The notes under the pieces are model-generated. The model did not search any database, was not told the DNA's origin, and saw only the letters and a program-made list of their open reading frames with translations. A DNA stretch of 64,000 nt from Blasia pusilla (Eukaryota). Positions 62,667 to 64,000 of the stretch are shown here, one piece after another. The stretch lies in NCBI GenBank assembly GCA_050084515.1, contig CM114271.1:49476001-49540000 (forward strand), in the 5' to 3' direction. The translations under genes and the position numbers were made by a program. Each line of letters starts with the position of its first letter. The stretch's first letter is position 1.

Positions 62667-64000
62667 ATACATCAATTCCGTAGGAATTATAGGAGTTGTT
62701 TTTCATTTAGCATGCATGATTTGGGTATGCTAAAGGGCACAAGGATCCATATTGAGTTGTCTAGCGACACGTTGATCTTCCGACGACCTTACAGGTACAA
62801 TGATATGGAGAGGGCTCTGATTCAGAGTAAGAGCCAAGACTTGATTGGAGCAAGATTAGTGGAGATGTCACATGGAGAGTATGCATCTACCATTGTCATA
62901 CCCGCCGAGAAGGATGTGCATGGCAACTGGACAGATACGTGGATGTGTGGAGACTACCAACCAATCAATCGGCAAACAAAGTCTGATAGGTATGTTATGT
63001 CCACTCCTGAGGAGATTTTTGATGCTATTGGGCATGCAAAGGTCTTTAGTTCATTGGATCTTTGAGCCAGAGACCATCAACTGCCTAGCAGATTGGAGGA
63101 CATGCAAAAGACGGCACTTTGGGCATTGATCCTCACAGGAAGGATTGCTTGTACCAGTGGCGTTTCTTACCATTTGTGTTAAAAAACGCTCTAGCTGAGT
63201 TTGAGAGGGTCATGGATAGGATCTTGGCGGATCTAGATTTTGCAAGGTGTTAAATTGATGACATTGTAGTCTTTAGCGCCGCGGTTAAGGAACATAAGTG
63301 TGGCGCTTGAGAAGCATGAGCGACATCTAGAAGAGGTGTTTTGACGATTGCAGTTACATGGGTCGAAGCTACATCCAGGCAAGTGTAAGTTCTTCTACTA
63401 CCAGATTTAGTACCTTGATCATATGATATACCGAGATGGCCTTGGTGTGCAGTAGACCAAGGTAAAGGCTATTTCATGAATTCCATGCCCTACAGATGTG
63501 AGTCGAGTTCGTACATTCATGGGATTGCCAAAATTCTATCAACCATACATCAAGGGTTTCAATTCAATTGCAAAGCCTCTAATCTTGTTGACCAAGGTGG
63601 ATGACAAGTGGCAGTGGGGGGATGAGCAGGAGAGAGCATTTCAACTACTCAAGGACAAGTTGACGTCCGCATCCATATTGAGGATCAATCAGGGGACGTC
63701 TTTTGCAGTTGCACATAAATTGGAGCATTTTGGGGCTTGCAGCGGTGCTCACCCACCATGACGATGATGATAGAGAGGTCGTGGTGGCTTACGCTAATCG
63801 ATTGAACAACATTGCACAGGCAAAGTATAGCTTGTATGCAGGTAAGTGCTTGGCTACAGTATGGGCTGTTGCGCATTTCAGGTGTTATTTATTCGACATA
63901 TGGCCAAGATATTCACGAGGATGGAGTAGTCTTGGAGTATGTGTGTATTGGCAGCGTCGCAAGCACAGCGGGTGCTAGAAAGTAGGATCGAATCTTAGAG
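62667..64000 (+). mobile_element. E6 right part: degenerate RT/RNase H, running off the window end
   Basis: Continues the sequence interrupted at 55133 (compare the uninterrupted cgccggatacatcaattcc at ~58701). ORFs 62712-63065, 63498-63761 and 63703-63978 are RT/RH fragments. A further deletion at ~63898 jumps to the pre-integrase linker. Confidence 0.88.

Overview
Eukaryotic, repeat-dominated DNA, most likely from a non-seed land plant such as a moss (inferred only, from the host gene and transposon content). It holds one intron-containing host gene, a cytochrome b561-domain membrane protein (27635-28944, minus strand). Around it lie at least six copies or remnants of an unusual Ty3/gypsy-type retrotransposon lineage. 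Four have both ends and 4-bp target-site duplications (TSDs): E1 7987-17866 (-), E2 31739-40924 (-), E3 43430-54160 (+), E4 55134-62662 (+). The degenerate polyprotein reads Gag(2xCCHC) - aspartic protease - DNMT3-like C5 DNA methyltransferase - RT - RNase H - DDE integrase - PHD finger. The termini are not ordinary LTRs. The layout is L-[PBS..internal..PPT]-S-NN-L-S, where L and S are the long and short halves of a circularly permuted LTR. The TG..CA integrase attachment sites face each other inside the reverse-transcription LTR as a palindrome (GACA-NN-TGTC). The L-S joint fuses the PBS-adjacent and PPT-adjacent ends. This is the pattern expected if the cDNA is circularised and then opened internally by integrase. 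The PBS is not tRNA-like. In three sequence-divergent subfamilies it is complementary to the element's own predicted 5' transcript end, suggesting Tf1-like self-priming. Also present are solo L-S units, a nested solo LTR, hAT-type MITEs and a ~180-bp tandem array. All retroelement ORFs are broken by stops or frameshifts.
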